64,000 nt of DNA, taken from positions 13,512-77,511 of the forward strand of contig JAFANP010000035.1 of assembly GCA_019232625.1 (NCBI GenBank), read 5' to 3'. Shown piece by piece: positions 35,731 to 45,643 of the stretch. This stretch comes from Alphaproteobacteria bacterium (GTDB taxonomy: Bacteria > Pseudomonadota > Alphaproteobacteria > Sphingomonadales > Sphingomonadaceae). Position 1 is the first letter of the stretch. Every line of letters starts with the position of its first letter. Under the pieces are notes generated by a model. It had not been told where the DNA came from. It ran no database searches and saw only the letters and a program-made list of their open reading frames with translations. The position numbers and the translations under genes were made by a program.

Positions 35731-36621
35731 CTAGCTGTTGGCGATCCGGCGATAGGCGCGGTCGAGATAGTCCTTGCGCAGCTGCAGGGTGAGCTCGCCC
35801 ACCTCGAAGCGCCACGGGCCGGCCTCGGCGACCGGAGTCACCTCGGCCGCGCTTCCGGTGAGGAACATCTGCTCGAAGCTTTCCAGCTCCTCCGGCCAGA
35901 TCGCCCGCTCCTGGACCTCGATGCCGCGCGCCCGGGCAAGCTCGATCACGGTCTGGCGGGTGATGCCGTTGAGGAAGCAGTCGGGGATGGGCGTATGGAG
36001 CGCCCCGTCCCGGACGAAGAAGGCGTTGGCGCCGGTCCCCTCGGCCACCTGGCCGCGCCAGTCGAACATCAGCGCATCGTCGTAACCCTTGGCCTGCGCC
36101 TGGTGACGCGCGAGGGTGCAGATCATGTAGAGGCCCGACGCCTTCGACTCGGTGGGCGCGGTATAGGGCGCCGGGCGCCGCCAGGGCGAGATGTCGAGAC
36201 GCAGGCCGCGGCGGATCGCCTCCTCGCCGAAATAGGCCGGCCAGGGCCAGACCGCGACCGCGAGATGGATCCTGGAGCGCTGCGCCGAGACTCCCATCTG
36301 CTCCGAGCCGCGCCAGGCGAGCGGGCGCATATAGGCGTCGTCGAGGCCGCTGGCCGCCAGCACGTCGCGGCAGGCCTGGTCGATCTCCTCGACGCTCCAC
36401 GGAATCTCGAAACCGAGCAGCTCGCCCGACCGCTTCAGCCGCTTCGAATGGTCGGTGAGCCGGAACACCTCGCCGCCATAGGCGCGCTGCCCCTCGAAGA
36501 CCGAGGAGGCGTAATGAAGGGCGTGAGTGAGGACGTGGACATTGGCCTCCCGCCACGGGACGAGACGGCCGTCGAACCAGATGGAGCCGTCGCGATCGTC
36601 GAAGCTGCGCGTGTCGGTCAA
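35731..36621 (-). CDS. ilvE: Branched-chain amino acid aminotransferase
   Basis: TTG start after AAGGAG. ...IWFDGRLVPWREANVHVLTHALHYASSVFEGQRAY..., ...AEGTGANAFFV..., ...FLTGSAAEVTPV. The track ORF start at 36819 is upstream read-through. Confidence 0.85.
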   Translation of the reverse strand: MTDTRSFDDRDGSIWFDGRLVPWREANVHVLTHALHYASSVFEGQRAYGGEVFRLTDHSKRLKRSGELLGFEIPWSVEEIDQACRDVLAASGLDDAYMRPLAWRGSEQMGVSAQRSRIHLAVAVWPWPAYFGEEAIRRGLRLDISPWRRPAPYTAPTESKASGLYMICTLARHQAQAKGYDDALMFDWRGQVAEGTGANAFFVRDGALHTPIPDCFLNGITRQTVIELARARGIEVQERAIWPEELESFEQMFLTGSAAEVTPVAEAGPWRFEVGELTLQLRKDYLDRAYRRIANS

Positions 36622-36754
36622 AGGGCGCTCCTTGCTGCTGGCGTGCGGATAGGGCGGGGGCGGGCGGGGGTCAAATGGGCCGGCCGCGGCGGGGCGAGCG
36701 AATCGTTTGGCGCGCGGCCGGCGACGGGCTAGGGGAAGACTAAGGAGGCGCGGC

Positions 36755-37024
36755 GTGAGCGAGGCGGAAACAGGCGCGGCGGAAGCGGAGGCGATGGCGG
36801 CGGTGGCCCCGCAGGACATGCCGTCCGTGCTCTTCTGGGGCTGGATCGCGGGCCCCGCGGCGCTTGCCGGCGGCCTCTATTGGGTGGCGCACCCCGCGAG
36901 CCCGGCCCTCCTGCCGCTGGGCGCGGTGCTGGCCTGCGCCGGATTCCTGCTGGTGCTGATGCCGCTGGTCGCGCTCGCCGCGCTGTCGCGCGCGCGCCGG
37001 GACGGGGACCTGCCGCCGGCTTAG
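36755..37024 (+). CDS. Hypothetical small membrane protein
   Basis: GTG after TAAGGAGG. Two hydrophobic segments (VLFWGWIAGPAALAGGLYW, LGAVLACAGFLLVLMPLVALAAL). Confidence 0.4.
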   Translation: MSEAETGAAEAEAMAAVAPQDMPSVLFWGWIAGPAALAGGLYWVAHPASPALLPLGAVLACAGFLLVLMPLVALAALSRARRDGDLPPA

Positions 37025-37128
37025 GCGAGGACGGCCGGCCCGGCGCCGGAGACGATCTGCCCAACCAGCAGGATCGCGGTCACGAAGATCAGGCCGCCCA
37101 TGCCGGTGGCGACACGCAGGCTCAGCAT
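37021..37128 (-). CDS. Possible 35-aa membrane peptide
   Basis: MLSLRVATGMGGLIFVTAILLVGQIVSGAGPAVLA, preceded by GGGGAGGAAGAG. Could be chance. Confidence 0.25.
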   Translation of the reverse strand: MLSLRVATGMGGLIFVTAILLVGQIVSGAGPAVLA

Positions 37129-37306
37129 CTCTTCCTCCCCAGCCTCGCTTGAAGTCCCCACCCTTGTGCGCCGCGCCCGGGCGGCGATCCATGGGAAGGG
37201 GCGGCAAATGTCCGCCGCGGCGCGGAGAAGCGACGGACCGTGATGGCGGAGAGTTGACGAAATGTACGCAAATGTGCGCAAAGGGGGACAGGAGGACGGG
37301 ACGGGG

Positions 37307-38080
37307 ATGAGCGACGAACTTCAGGCCGAGCGCAGCGAGTCGGTCGCGCTGCTGGTGCGCGAGGAGCTGGCCCGCCGGCGCCTGTCGCGGCAGTGGCTGG
37401 CCGACCAGGCGCGAGTCAGCCTCTCCACGCTGGAGAAGGCCCTTTCGGGGCGCCGGCCCTTCACGCTGGCGACCGTGGTGCGGCTCGAGCAGGCGCTCGG
37501 CACCGCGCTTCGCGGCGGCCGCGGCAACGGCGCCGGCGAAGGCCATACGCCGGGCGGCTTCGCCCCCGAGGAGATGGGCGCCTATGCCCGGCCGGCGGTG
37601 CGCTGGCTCGAGGGCGAGTATCTGACGCTTCGCCCGTCCTTCGCGGAACCGGGCGCCGTCTACGCCTACCGCACCTTGATCGAGTGGGACGCCGACAAGA
37701 GCCACCTCCACTTCGCCGAGAGCGACCGCGTCGACACCGAGTTCGAGCAGCAGGGCTTCGTCTCCTTCCCCCACCTTTCCGGCCACATCTATCTGGTGAC
37801 GAGCAGCGCCGGACAGTATCGCGTGGCGATCCTCAGCCGTCCGTCGGGCGGCGGCGCGCTGCACGGCGTGCTGACGACGCTGGTGGCGGGGCAGGGCGCG
37901 CAGCTGATCCCTGCCGCCACGCCGATCACGCTGATGCCGTCCCGCGCGGGGGCTCAGCCCGCCTACGGCCTCATACGCCGCGGCGACCGCTGCTGGAACG
38001 AGTATCGCGACTGCGTCGAACGCATCGCCGGGCAGGGCTTCGTGCTGTTCCCGGGCGTCGCGACGGGGACGGCCGGCTAG
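37307..38080 (+). CDS. XRE-family HTH transcriptional regulator with a C-terminal domain of unknown function
   Basis: MSDELQAERSESVALLVREELARRRLSRQWLADQARVSLSTLEKALSGRRPFTLATVVRLEQALG. Confidence 0.7.
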   Translation: MSDELQAERSESVALLVREELARRRLSRQWLADQARVSLSTLEKALSGRRPFTLATVVRLEQALGTALRGGRGNGAGEGHTPGGFAPEEMGAYARPAVRWLEGEYLTLRPSFAEPGAVYAYRTLIEWDADKSHLHFAESDRVDTEFEQQGFVSFPHLSGHIYLVTSSAGQYRVAILSRPSGGGALHGVLTTLVAGQGAQLIPAATPITLMPSRAGAQPAYGLIRRGDRCWNEYRDCVERIAGQGFVLFPGVATGTAG

Positions 38081-38140
38081 ACCGGGATCGCTTCAGGCCG
38101 GTGCGGCCCAGGGCGCCGACATGTCGGCACCGCCAGCGCG

Positions 38141-38851
38141 CTAGTCGCACAGGGCGTGGTAGGCGACCTCAATCACCGTGCCCGGCTCGATCGCCATCGG
38201 CCCCTCGGGCTTGTCGTAATTCTTCTGCTCGGCGAGCGCCCCGGCGGCTGAATATTTCCGGCCGCCCAGGGCCATGATGTTGCGGCTCTGGCAGTCGATC
38301 CTCAGCAAATAGCCGACGTCGGCGACGGTGCCGCCGTTCAGCAGCCGGAACCAGGCCTGCCGCCAGGCGGGGCCGCGGGTGACGCTGGTCGCGTCGACGG
38401 AAATGCCCTGGCCCGTCTGGGCCGCGCCGAGATTGACCCAGAGCGGCTCCCCGGCGGGCGCGGCCGGCGGTGCGCCCGGCGCCGCCTGGGGCGCCTCGGC
38501 GACTCGCGCCGGGGCGGCGGCGCTGCAGGCGTCGAGCGCCCCGCGCACCGCCGGCGCGACCCTCGAATCCTCCACCAGCCCGGCGACGTAGGCGAACTCG
38601 CGCGGGCCGAGGACCGCCGGGTTGCGGCCGCCCGGCGTCAGCCGGCCGGCGAGGTCGGCGAGCTGGCGCAATTGCCAGACGCTGAGCGATTCGGTGAGCT
38701 TGCGATGGACGCACTGGCCGGGATCGCCGGTGAGGCCGTAGCGGACGAGCTGCGGGCCGACGAGGCTCTCCTTCGGCTTCCAATAATCGGACGCATAGCC
38801 GGCGCATCCGCCCAACGCGACGAGGAACAGGAGGGCGGAGCGGCGGACCAT
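38141..38851 (-). CDS. Hypothetical lipoprotein
   Basis: MVRRSALLFLVALGGCAG lipobox. The start is an internal ATG of the track ORF, preceded by GGAAGGAAG. Confidence 0.65.
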   Translation of the reverse strand: MVRRSALLFLVALGGCAGYASDYWKPKESLVGPQLVRYGLTGDPGQCVHRKLTESLSVWQLRQLADLAGRLTPGGRNPAVLGPREFAYVAGLVEDSRVAPAVRGALDACSAAAPARVAEAPQAAPGAPPAAPAGEPLWVNLGAAQTGQGISVDATSVTRGPAWRQAWFRLLNGGTVADVGYLLRIDCQSRNIMALGGRKYSAAGALAEQKNYDKPEGPMAIEPGTVIEVAYHALCD

Positions 38852-38923
38852 GATAGCGACTTCCTTCCGGGTCGGGACGAGCGGGACCTTTTCACATCGC
38901 CTTCGTCCCGTCAAAGTCCGCCA

Positions 38924-39559
38924 ATGCGCTGGAGCCTGCCGATTCTTCTCTTCCTCGCCGGGTGCGGCGCCCGCGCCCCGGCCGGCGGCGACGAGGGCGC
39001 CGATCCCGCCGCGGGCGGCAACGACCTGCTCGGGAACCTCGCCGCGGTGAACGACTCCAACGACCCGGCGCGCCTCCAGGCGCTGATCGACCGGGCCATG
39101 CCTTCCGCGATCCCCCGGGCCAAGGACGCGGCCTATCGCAACCTGCGCGGCGGCGCGGGAGGGTCGGTCTGCGGGGAGGTCGCGCCGGCGGGGCCGAAGC
39201 GCGTCTTCCTGCCGTTCGTGATCACGCCGGACGCGCTGGCGGTGGTCGGGACGACGCCGCGCATCGCCTACGAGGACCCCAACGACTTCCTCGCCGACGC
39301 CTGGATCCGCTGGTGCGCGACGCCCGAGGAGCTGCAGAAGCTCGCGCCGACGCTTCAGAATGCCGCGCGCGCGGCGGGGCCTGCGGCCAACGAGGTCAGC
39401 GCCGCCATTCCGCCGCCGATCGACCCCTCGGTCGTTCAGGTGGATCCGCCGCCCCCGCCGCCGCCCGACCGGCCCGTGCCCGCGCCTCCGCCGGCCAAGC
39501 CCGCCCCGCCGCCGCAGATCGACAGCTTCTTCAACTCGGTCCAGCATCGCGACCGCTAG
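38924..39559 (+). CDS. Hypothetical lipoprotein with a proline-rich C-terminus
   Basis: MRWSLPILLFLAGCGA lipobox. PPPPPPPDRPVPAPPPAKPAPPP tail. Confidence 0.6.
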   Translation: MRWSLPILLFLAGCGARAPAGGDEGADPAAGGNDLLGNLAAVNDSNDPARLQALIDRAMPSAIPRAKDAAYRNLRGGAGGSVCGEVAPAGPKRVFLPFVITPDALAVVGTTPRIAYEDPNDFLADAWIRWCATPEELQKLAPTLQNAARAAGPAANEVSAAIPPPIDPSVVQVDPPPPPPPDRPVPAPPPAKPAPPPQIDSFFNSVQHRDR

Positions 39560-39829
39560 CCCGGCCGCGCCCGCGGAAAGGTTTCGTTAGCATCCATCGA
39601 TTATCACAATCGCAGCGGACAGGTTCTGCGTAAAGGGTGGAAGCGGCGTGACGGAAGAAAAGGGATGCGAAGCGGGGAAGGAGGCGGCGGCCAAGGCGGC
39701 GGGGCCGGCCTCAGCCGCCCTCGAGGACGAGGCGCATCGCGCCGCCTGCCGGCGCTATGCCACGCTTGCGGGGCGCCGACGCGGGTGAAGCGCCTCGCGC
39801 CGGGAGCCGAACCCGGCTAGGCAGCGGCG

Positions 39830-40429
39830 ATGGCCGTGCGTCCGCTCTTCCCGACCCTCTTCTACGAAGACGAGGTGGGCGATTCCGGGCTGGTCGAGGA
39901 ACTCGAGCAAGCCTGCCTCGCCCTCGCCGCCGAGGACGGGGCCGGCCGGCGCTGGTCGCGCGAGCACGGCTATCGCGGCTACACCTCCTACGCGTCGCTC
40001 GACGACCTGCCGCTGCGCGACCCCCGCTTCGCCGAGCTGGTGCGCAGGCTCAACCGCCATGTCGCCGCCTTCGCCGAGGCCTGCGCCTTCGACCTGCCGC
40101 GGCGGCTGCGGCTCGACAGCCTCTGGGTGAACGTGCTGAAGCCGGGCGGCGCGCATAGCGGGCACATCCACCCGCACAGCATCGTCTCGGGCACCGTCTA
40201 CGTCGCGGTGCCCCCGGGCGGGGGCGCGCTTCGGCTCGAGGACCCCCGGCTGCCGATGATGATGGCGGCGCCGGCGCGCCGCGAAGACGCACCCGAGGCG
40301 CAGCGCAGCTTCGTCTATGCCCGGCCCAGGGCGGGCTCGGTGTACCTGTGGGAGAGCTGGCTGAGGCACGAGGTCGCGGCCGGCGCCGGGCGGGGCGACC
40401 GGATCAGCATCAGCTTCAACTATCGCTGA
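39830..40429 (+). CDS. TIGR02466-like putative 2OG-Fe(II) oxygenase-fold protein
   Basis: LFPTLFYE..., ...WVNVLKPGGAHSGHIHPHSIVSGTVYV..., ...RISISFNY match this conserved family as I recall it. Confidence 0.6.
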   Translation: MAVRPLFPTLFYEDEVGDSGLVEELEQACLALAAEDGAGRRWSREHGYRGYTSYASLDDLPLRDPRFAELVRRLNRHVAAFAEACAFDLPRRLRLDSLWVNVLKPGGAHSGHIHPHSIVSGTVYVAVPPGGGALRLEDPRLPMMMAAPARREDAPEAQRSFVYARPRAGSVYLWESWLRHEVAAGAGRGDRISISFNYR

Positions 40430-40433
40430 GCGC

Positions 40434-41096
40434 TCAGGCGACCTTGTCGGCGTAGAGGAATCGGCCCGGCCCGAGCCGCTGGAGCACTTCCTGGAGGCTG
40501 TCGTAGCCGAGCGCGAAGCAGCCTTCCGAGCGCCCCAGCTTGCCGTGCAGGGCGACCTGCTCGGCCTCGGCATACCAGGCGCTGTGGACGACGATCGCCC
40601 GCGCCTCGGCGTTGCTGTTGGTGCCGTCGAGGCCCCTGAGGCGCAGCGAGCGGCCGTATTTGCCGGGATAATAGTCGCCGGTGACGTAGCCGCCGGCCGA
40701 GCTCGCCTCGGAGCCCACGGCGTTGGAGAAGCGCTCGAGGAAGCCGCTGTGATCCGGATCCGAGCCGCGGCCGTGGGCGACGAGATGCTTGGAGACGCGG
40801 CCGGTATTGGTCTCGAGCAGGAAGAAGCGCGCCTCGCGGGACGGGCGGCTGAAGTCGGCGATCCCGACGAGGTCGGTATGCCGGAGCGCGCCGCGATGGC
40901 GGTCGAACGAGCGGCGGGCGCGGGCGAGCAGGTCCGGTTCGATCGCCGGATCGACGACGATGTGCGGGCGCGCCGGCACCGGGGCCGCCGCGAGGCTGCG
41001 GACCGCCGGCTCGATCAGCGTGCTCGACTGGGCCGTGGTGGCGATGAAGCCGGCGCAAAGGCCGGCGCCAAGCAATTGCCTGCGCGACAGATCCAT
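40434..41096 (-). CDS. L,D-transpeptidase catalytic-domain family protein (YkuD_2-like), Tat signal
   Basis: SRRQLLGAGL twin-arginine signal. HLVAHGRGSDPDHSG..., ...GRSEGCFAL catalytic Cys motif. Confidence 0.7.
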   Translation of the reverse strand: MDLSRRQLLGAGLCAGFIATTAQSSTLIEPAVRSLAAAPVPARPHIVVDPAIEPDLLARARRSFDRHRGALRHTDLVGIADFSRPSREARFFLLETNTGRVSKHLVAHGRGSDPDHSGFLERFSNAVGSEASSAGGYVTGDYYPGKYGRSLRLRGLDGTNSNAEARAIVVHSAWYAEAEQVALHGKLGRSEGCFALGYDSLQEVLQRLGPGRFLYADKVA

Positions 41097-41262
41097 TCGG
41101 AAAAACCCCTCCGCTTCTGGCTATTTCATATAAGGAGAAGAGGGTTAGTTTTGAATGAATTGAAGCACTTAACAGACGGTTACCAACCTCCGTTCGGCGC
41201 GAGTCCGGCACGGCTGGCAGGCAAAGTGGACGACCTGGACGGGATCGGCGGGGGAGGAGCCC

Positions 41263-41874
41263 TCAGAGCTTCTCGGCGTAGAGGAAGCGGCCGGACCCGA
41301 GCCGGGTCATAGCCTCCGCATGGCTGACGCCGGGAAGGGCGAAGCAGCCTTCCGAGCGGCCGAGCTTGCCGAACGCCTCGACCATGCGCGGCTCTGCATA
41401 CCAGGCGCTGTGGACGACGATCTGCCGCGCCAAAGCGTTGCTGTTCGACATGTCGAGGCCGGAGAGGCGCAGCGAATAGCCATATTTGCCGGTATAGGCG
41501 TCGCCGGTGAGGTAGGCGCCTTCCGAAGTCGCCTCGGAGCCCATGTCGTTCGAGAAGGTCTCGAGCCATCCGCTGTGGGCCGGATCCGAGCCGCGGCCAT
41601 GGGCGACGAGATGCTCGGTGACGAAGCCGGAGCGCAGGTCGACGATGTAGAAGCGCGGATCGCGCGACGCCTTGTTGAAATCCGCGATCCCGATCACGTC
41701 GACCTGGCGAAGCAGCGAGCGATGGGCCTCGAGCGACGCGAGGGCGCGGGCCTTCAGCATCGGGTTGATGAAAGGCCGCGCCGGGGCGACGGCGGCGAAC
41801 GCCCTCGCCGGCAGGGTCGCGCCCGCGGCGGCCGTTGCGGCGGCGGTCAGGAACGTCCTGCGTGTAAGCGTCAC
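41263..41874 (-). CDS. L,D-transpeptidase catalytic-domain family protein (YkuD_2-like), tandem paralog
   Basis: TRRTFLTAAA Tat signal. HLVAHGRGSDPAHSG..., GRSEGCFAL. Clearly paralogous to 40434-41096. Confidence 0.7.
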   Translation of the reverse strand: MTLTRRTFLTAAATAAAGATLPARAFAAVAPARPFINPMLKARALASLEAHRSLLRQVDVIGIADFNKASRDPRFYIVDLRSGFVTEHLVAHGRGSDPAHSGWLETFSNDMGSEATSEGAYLTGDAYTGKYGYSLRLSGLDMSNSNALARQIVVHSAWYAEPRMVEAFGKLGRSEGCFALPGVSHAEAMTRLGSGRFLYAEKL

Positions 41875-42025
41875 TCTCAGCCCTCCCTAAGCCTCCACTG
41901 TGGCAAAGTCGGTCCACGGCCTCAACGACCTGGGGCGCTTCGGGATGCAGCCTGGCGCGTCGATGAATCGGCTCGCCGCATCCTGTCCCGGAACCGGACG
42001 GGCACGGACGCGTAATGAAGGGAAG

Positions 42026-43072
42026 ATGGACGGCTTCGATCGCCTCTCGCTCAAGCCCGGACTTCCGCCGATGGAGGCGAAGCTCGTGGACTCCCTTCCG
42101 GAGGGCGAGGGGTGGCAGTTCGAGCCCAAATGGGACGGCTTTCGCTGCCTGGTCTTCCGCGACGGCGGCGAGGTCCATCTCCAGTCCAAGTCGGGCAAGC
42201 CGCTCGGCCGCTACTTCCCCGAAGTGGTCGACCGGATGCTTGCGCTGCGTGCGGACCGGGTGGTGCTCGACGGCGAGCTGATCATCCCGGTCGAAGGCCA
42301 TCTCTCCTTCGACGCGCTCCAGCTGCGCCTCCATCCGGCCGAGAGCCGGGTCAAGAAGCTCGCCGTCGAGACGCCGGCCCAGCTGATGCTGTTCGACCTC
42401 CTCTTCCACAAGGAGACCAGCTATCTCGCCGCGCCGCTGTCGCTGCGCCGCCAGGCGCTGGAGACGGTCTACAAGGGCGAGGCGGGGGACGATCTCCTCC
42501 TCTCGCCCGCGACGACGCGGCGAGACCTGGCGCAGGGCTGGCTCGACCATGCGGGCGGGGCGCTGGACGGGGTCGTCGCCAAGCGGCTCGACGCGCCCTA
42601 CGAGGCGGGCGAGCGGGCGATGCTGAAGGTCAAGCAGATGAAGACGGCGGACTGCGTCGTCGGCGGCTTCCGCTACGCCCAGAACAGCCGCGAGGTCGGC
42701 TCGCTGCTGCTCGGCCTCTACAACGAGACGGGCAAGCTCGACCATGTCGGCTTCACCTCCGCCATTCCGGCCGAGGCGCGCGCGGCCCTCACCCGGCGGC
42801 TGGAGGGGCTGATCGAGCCGCCCGGCTTCACCGGCGACGCGCCCGGCGGCCCGAGCCGGTGGGCGACCGAGCGGACCGGCGACTGGGAGCCGCTGAGGCC
42901 CGCGCTCGTCGCCGAGGTGCGCTACGACCACGTCACCGCCCGCCGCTTCCGTCACGGCACCAAGTTCCTGCGCTGGCGTCCCGACAAGGCCCCGGAGCAG
43001 TGCCGCATGGACCAGCTCCAGCCGGAGGCGCGGCCCGCCGAGCTCGCGGCGACGCTGGGGGCGCGGGGATGA
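42026..43072 (+). CDS. ATP-dependent DNA ligase (stand-alone ligase domain)
   Basis: WQFEPKWDGFRCLVF (KxDG adenylation motif) with downstream ligase and OB-fold-like motifs. ATG after GAAGGGA. Confidence 0.8.
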   Translation: MDGFDRLSLKPGLPPMEAKLVDSLPEGEGWQFEPKWDGFRCLVFRDGGEVHLQSKSGKPLGRYFPEVVDRMLALRADRVVLDGELIIPVEGHLSFDALQLRLHPAESRVKKLAVETPAQLMLFDLLFHKETSYLAAPLSLRRQALETVYKGEAGDDLLLSPATTRRDLAQGWLDHAGGALDGVVAKRLDAPYEAGERAMLKVKQMKTADCVVGGFRYAQNSREVGSLLLGLYNETGKLDHVGFTSAIPAEARAALTRRLEGLIEPPGFTGDAPGGPSRWATERTGDWEPLRPALVAEVRYDHVTARRFRHGTKFLRWRPDKAPEQCRMDQLQPEARPAELAATLGARG

Positions 43073-43950
43073 GCGGCGAGCGGATCGTCGCCGGCGTCCG
43101 GCTCTCCAGCCCCGACAAGATCCTCTATCCCGAGCAGGGCATCACCAAGGGCGACCTCGCCGATTATTATATCGCCGTCGCCGACCGGATCCTGTCCCAC
43201 GTCGCGTTCCGCCCGGTGACGATGGTGCGCTGCCCGACGGGGCGGGGCACCAAATGCTTCTACCAGCGCCACGCCGGCTCTGGCGTCCCCGAGCAGCTCG
43301 GCGAAGTGACGATCCCCGGCTTCGACGAGCCCTATCTCTTCATCCGCGACCTGCCGGGCCTCGTCGCCATGGTGCAGATGGGGGTGCTCGAGATCCATCC
43401 CTGGGGCGTCACCGTCGATCGCCCCGACAAGGCCGACCGGATCATCTTCGACCTCGACCCCGACGAGGGACTCGCCTTCGCCGACGTCATCCGCGCGGCC
43501 AGGGAGGTGCGCGAGCGGCTCGCCGCCCTCGGTCTCGAAAGTTTCGTCAAGACGACGGGCGGCAAGGGGCTCCATGTCGTGGTGCCGGTCGAGCCGACCG
43601 CCGCTTGGCGCGAGGTGAAGAGCTTCGCCAAGGGGGTGTCGGCGCAGATGGCGGCCGATTCGCCCGACCGCTACCTGACCAAGGTCTCGAAGGCCGACCG
43701 GGCCGGGCGCATCTTCATCGACTATCTGCGCAACGACCCGACCTCCACCGCCGTCGCGCCTTATTCCACGCGCTCGCGCGCCGGAGCGCCGGTCGCCATG
43801 CCGCTGGCCTGGGGCCAGGTGAAAGCGGGTCTCGACCCCTGCGACTATACGGTGCGGACCGTCCCCGCCCTGATCCGCCGCCAGCGCATCGACCCCTGGA
43901 GCGCGATCTCGGCGGTGAGGCAGACGCTCCCCGACGCGCCCCGCGCCTGA
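43069..43950 (+). CDS. ligD: NHEJ polymerase/primase (LigD polymerase domain) as a separate gene
   Basis: ATGA overlap with the ligase stop. ...IIFDLDPDEG..., ...VKTTGGKGLHVVVP..., ...IFIDYLRN... are typical of LigD-Pol (AEP primase fold). Confidence 0.8.
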   Translation: MSGERIVAGVRLSSPDKILYPEQGITKGDLADYYIAVADRILSHVAFRPVTMVRCPTGRGTKCFYQRHAGSGVPEQLGEVTIPGFDEPYLFIRDLPGLVAMVQMGVLEIHPWGVTVDRPDKADRIIFDLDPDEGLAFADVIRAAREVRERLAALGLESFVKTTGGKGLHVVVPVEPTAAWREVKSFAKGVSAQMAADSPDRYLTKVSKADRAGRIFIDYLRNDPTSTAVAPYSTRSRAGAPVAMPLAWGQVKAGLDPCDYTVRTVPALIRRQRIDPWSAISAVRQTLPDAPRA

Positions 43951-44317
43951 GCGTCCGGACCACGGCGCGCGCCGTCGGAACCCGCGCGGAAGGTTCGATA
44001 GGTCCGGAAAGTCCGCTTCCATAGAAAGCAAAAAAAACCGGCGCTTCGTGGCGGGGGAGAGGATCCTTCGGCGGGCTCCCGCCGGGCTCGGCCGAGTGCC
44101 GCCTGGACGCAACGGATCCGGCCGCGGCCCGTTCGAAAGGGAGACCGGCCGCGCCGGCCCGGGGGGCGCTTGGGATAGATGCGAAGCGGCGGCGAATCGG
44201 TTGCGGAAGCCATGCCCTACGTCAGCACGCGAGGGAAGGTGTAGGAAAGAACCTTTTTCAGCATCTTCATGGACCGTTTACCAACCCAGGTTAGAGCCTT
44301 GCCGAATCGGAGGGGAA

Positions 44318-45643
44318 ATGGGCAGCGGAGCGCGATCCGGCCGTGCACGGGCCGGATTCTTCATCGGAAGGGTGCCGGCGACGCTCGCCCGGCTTGCCGC
44401 CGGCCTCGCCTTGGCGGCGTCGAGCGGAGCGGCCCTTGCCGCGGAGCGCTTCTGGAGCGTCTCGGAAAGCAGCGGGCGGGTCGTCGTCACCGAGCAGGGC
44501 AAGGTGCGCCGGGCGGTCCGGGGGACGGTGATGGGTCCCGGCGCCTCGATCGCCACCGGCGCCGGCTCCAGGGCGATCATCGTGCGCGACCGCGAATATG
44601 TCGTGCTGGCGCCGCGCACGCAGCTGCGGCTTCCCGCTCCCCAAAGCCGCGCCGGGATCATCCAGATGATCGCCGATTTCGGCACCGCCTTCTTCAAGAT
44701 CGACAAGCGGCCCCACCCGCATTTCGGCGTCGCCACGCCTTATTCCGCGGCGGTGGTGAAGGGCACCACCTTCCGGGTCTCGGTGGATCGCGCGGGCGCC
44801 GCGGTCGGCGTCATCGAGGGCGCCGTCCAGGTCTCCACGCGCGACGGACGCTTTCGCCAGCTCGTCGGGGCGGGGCTGAAGGCGGAGGTGTCGGCGGCGG
44901 CGCCGGACGCGCTGCGCGTCGCCGCCGATCCCGGCGCCGCCAACCCTCCCGAGGAGACCAGGCTGCTCGCCCGGGCAAGCCGGGCGGAGGCGCCCCGCGA
45001 GGCGGCCGCCTCTCCCCCGCGGGGGCAGGATTTCCCCTTCCCCACGCGGCTGCTCTCCTTCCTGGCGCTGATCGCCGGGGCTGCGGCCAGCCTCATCCTT
45101 TTCCGCAACGCCGCGCCGGCCTTCCCCGCCGCCTGGACCTCCGTGACCCAATGGGCGCGGCGCCGGCGCGAGGATGGCGACGCCTCGCCCGGCGCGGCGG
45201 AACGGCTCGAGCGGCTCGCGGCGAGGAAAGCGGACGCGCCTGCGCCTCCGGCGCGGGCACGCTCCCGATCCGCCCGACCCGCAGCCGCGCCGCCGCCGGC
45301 GGCCGCAACGGCCGTCGAGCCGCGCGAGGCCGCTCCGCCGCCGGAGCCGGAAGCCGACCTCGGCCGGCGGGCGAGCAAGCGGGCGCGGGTGCTCCTCTCG
45401 GCGACCCTGTGCACCGGCGACGGCGAACTCAAGGGGAGGCTGCGCGACATCTCCGGCAGCGGCGCGGTGGTGGAGGGGATCGAGCCGCCGCCGGTGGGCG
45501 CCGCCGTGATTCTGAGAAGCGGCGGGATATTCGCCGAGGGGGAAGTGGTCTGGGCCGCGCCGGACAAATGCGGGATCCGGTTCGACAATCCGGTCTCGGA
45601 GGCGGACCTTCCCGTCCAGAGCCCCGACGCCGCGCCCGCCTGA
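44318..45643 (+). CDS. FecR-domain protein with a C-terminal PilZ-like domain
   Basis: GGAGGGGAA then ATG. Signal/TM region. FecR-like ...[31 protein letters not shown]...[17 protein letters not shown]. Internal TM. C-terminal [14 protein letters not shown]...[15 protein letters not shown]...GIRF resembles PilZ (RxxxR ... D/NxSxxG). Confidence 0.6.
   Translation: MGSGARSGRARAGFFIGRVPATLARLAAGLALAASSGAALAAERFWSVSESSGRVVVTEQGKVRRAVRGTVMGPGASIATGAGSRAIIVRDREYVVLAPRTQLRLPAPQSRAGIIQMIADFGTAFFKIDKRPHPHFGVATPYSAAVVKGTTFRVSVDRAGAAVGVIEGAVQVSTRDGRFRQLVGAGLKAEVSAAAPDALRVAADPGAANPPEETRLLARASRAEAPREAAASPPRGQDFPFPTRLLSFLALIAGAAASLILFRNAAPAFPAAWTSVTQWARRRREDGDASPGAAERLERLAARKADAPAPPARARSRSARPAAAPPPAAATAVEPREAAPPPEPEADLGRRASKRARVLLSATLCTGDGELKGRLRDISGSGAVVEGIEPPPVGAAVILRSGGIFAEGEVVWAAPDKCGIRFDNPVSEADLPVQSPDAAPA

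Noticed and set aside
39649-39792. 47-codon GTG ORF (VTEEKGCEAGKEAAAKAAG...) in the intergenic region before the TIGR02466-like gene
   Set aside because: Low-complexity Ala/Gly/Arg sequence with a weak RBS. Indistinguishable from chance in high-GC DNA.
41175-41200. GGTTACCAACC, similar to GTTTACCAACC at 44277-44287; considered as a shared promoter motif
   Set aside because: Only about 10 nt are shared. One copy has no downstream gene in the right orientation. Likely coincidence.
43951-44317. 367-nt intergenic region with an A8 run and GC-rich stems; considered as a possible ncRNA or riboswitch
   Set aside because: I could not match it to any RNA family core I know (SRP, 6S, tmRNA or common riboswitches). 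An Infernal/Rfam scan would be needed. Not reported as a feature.
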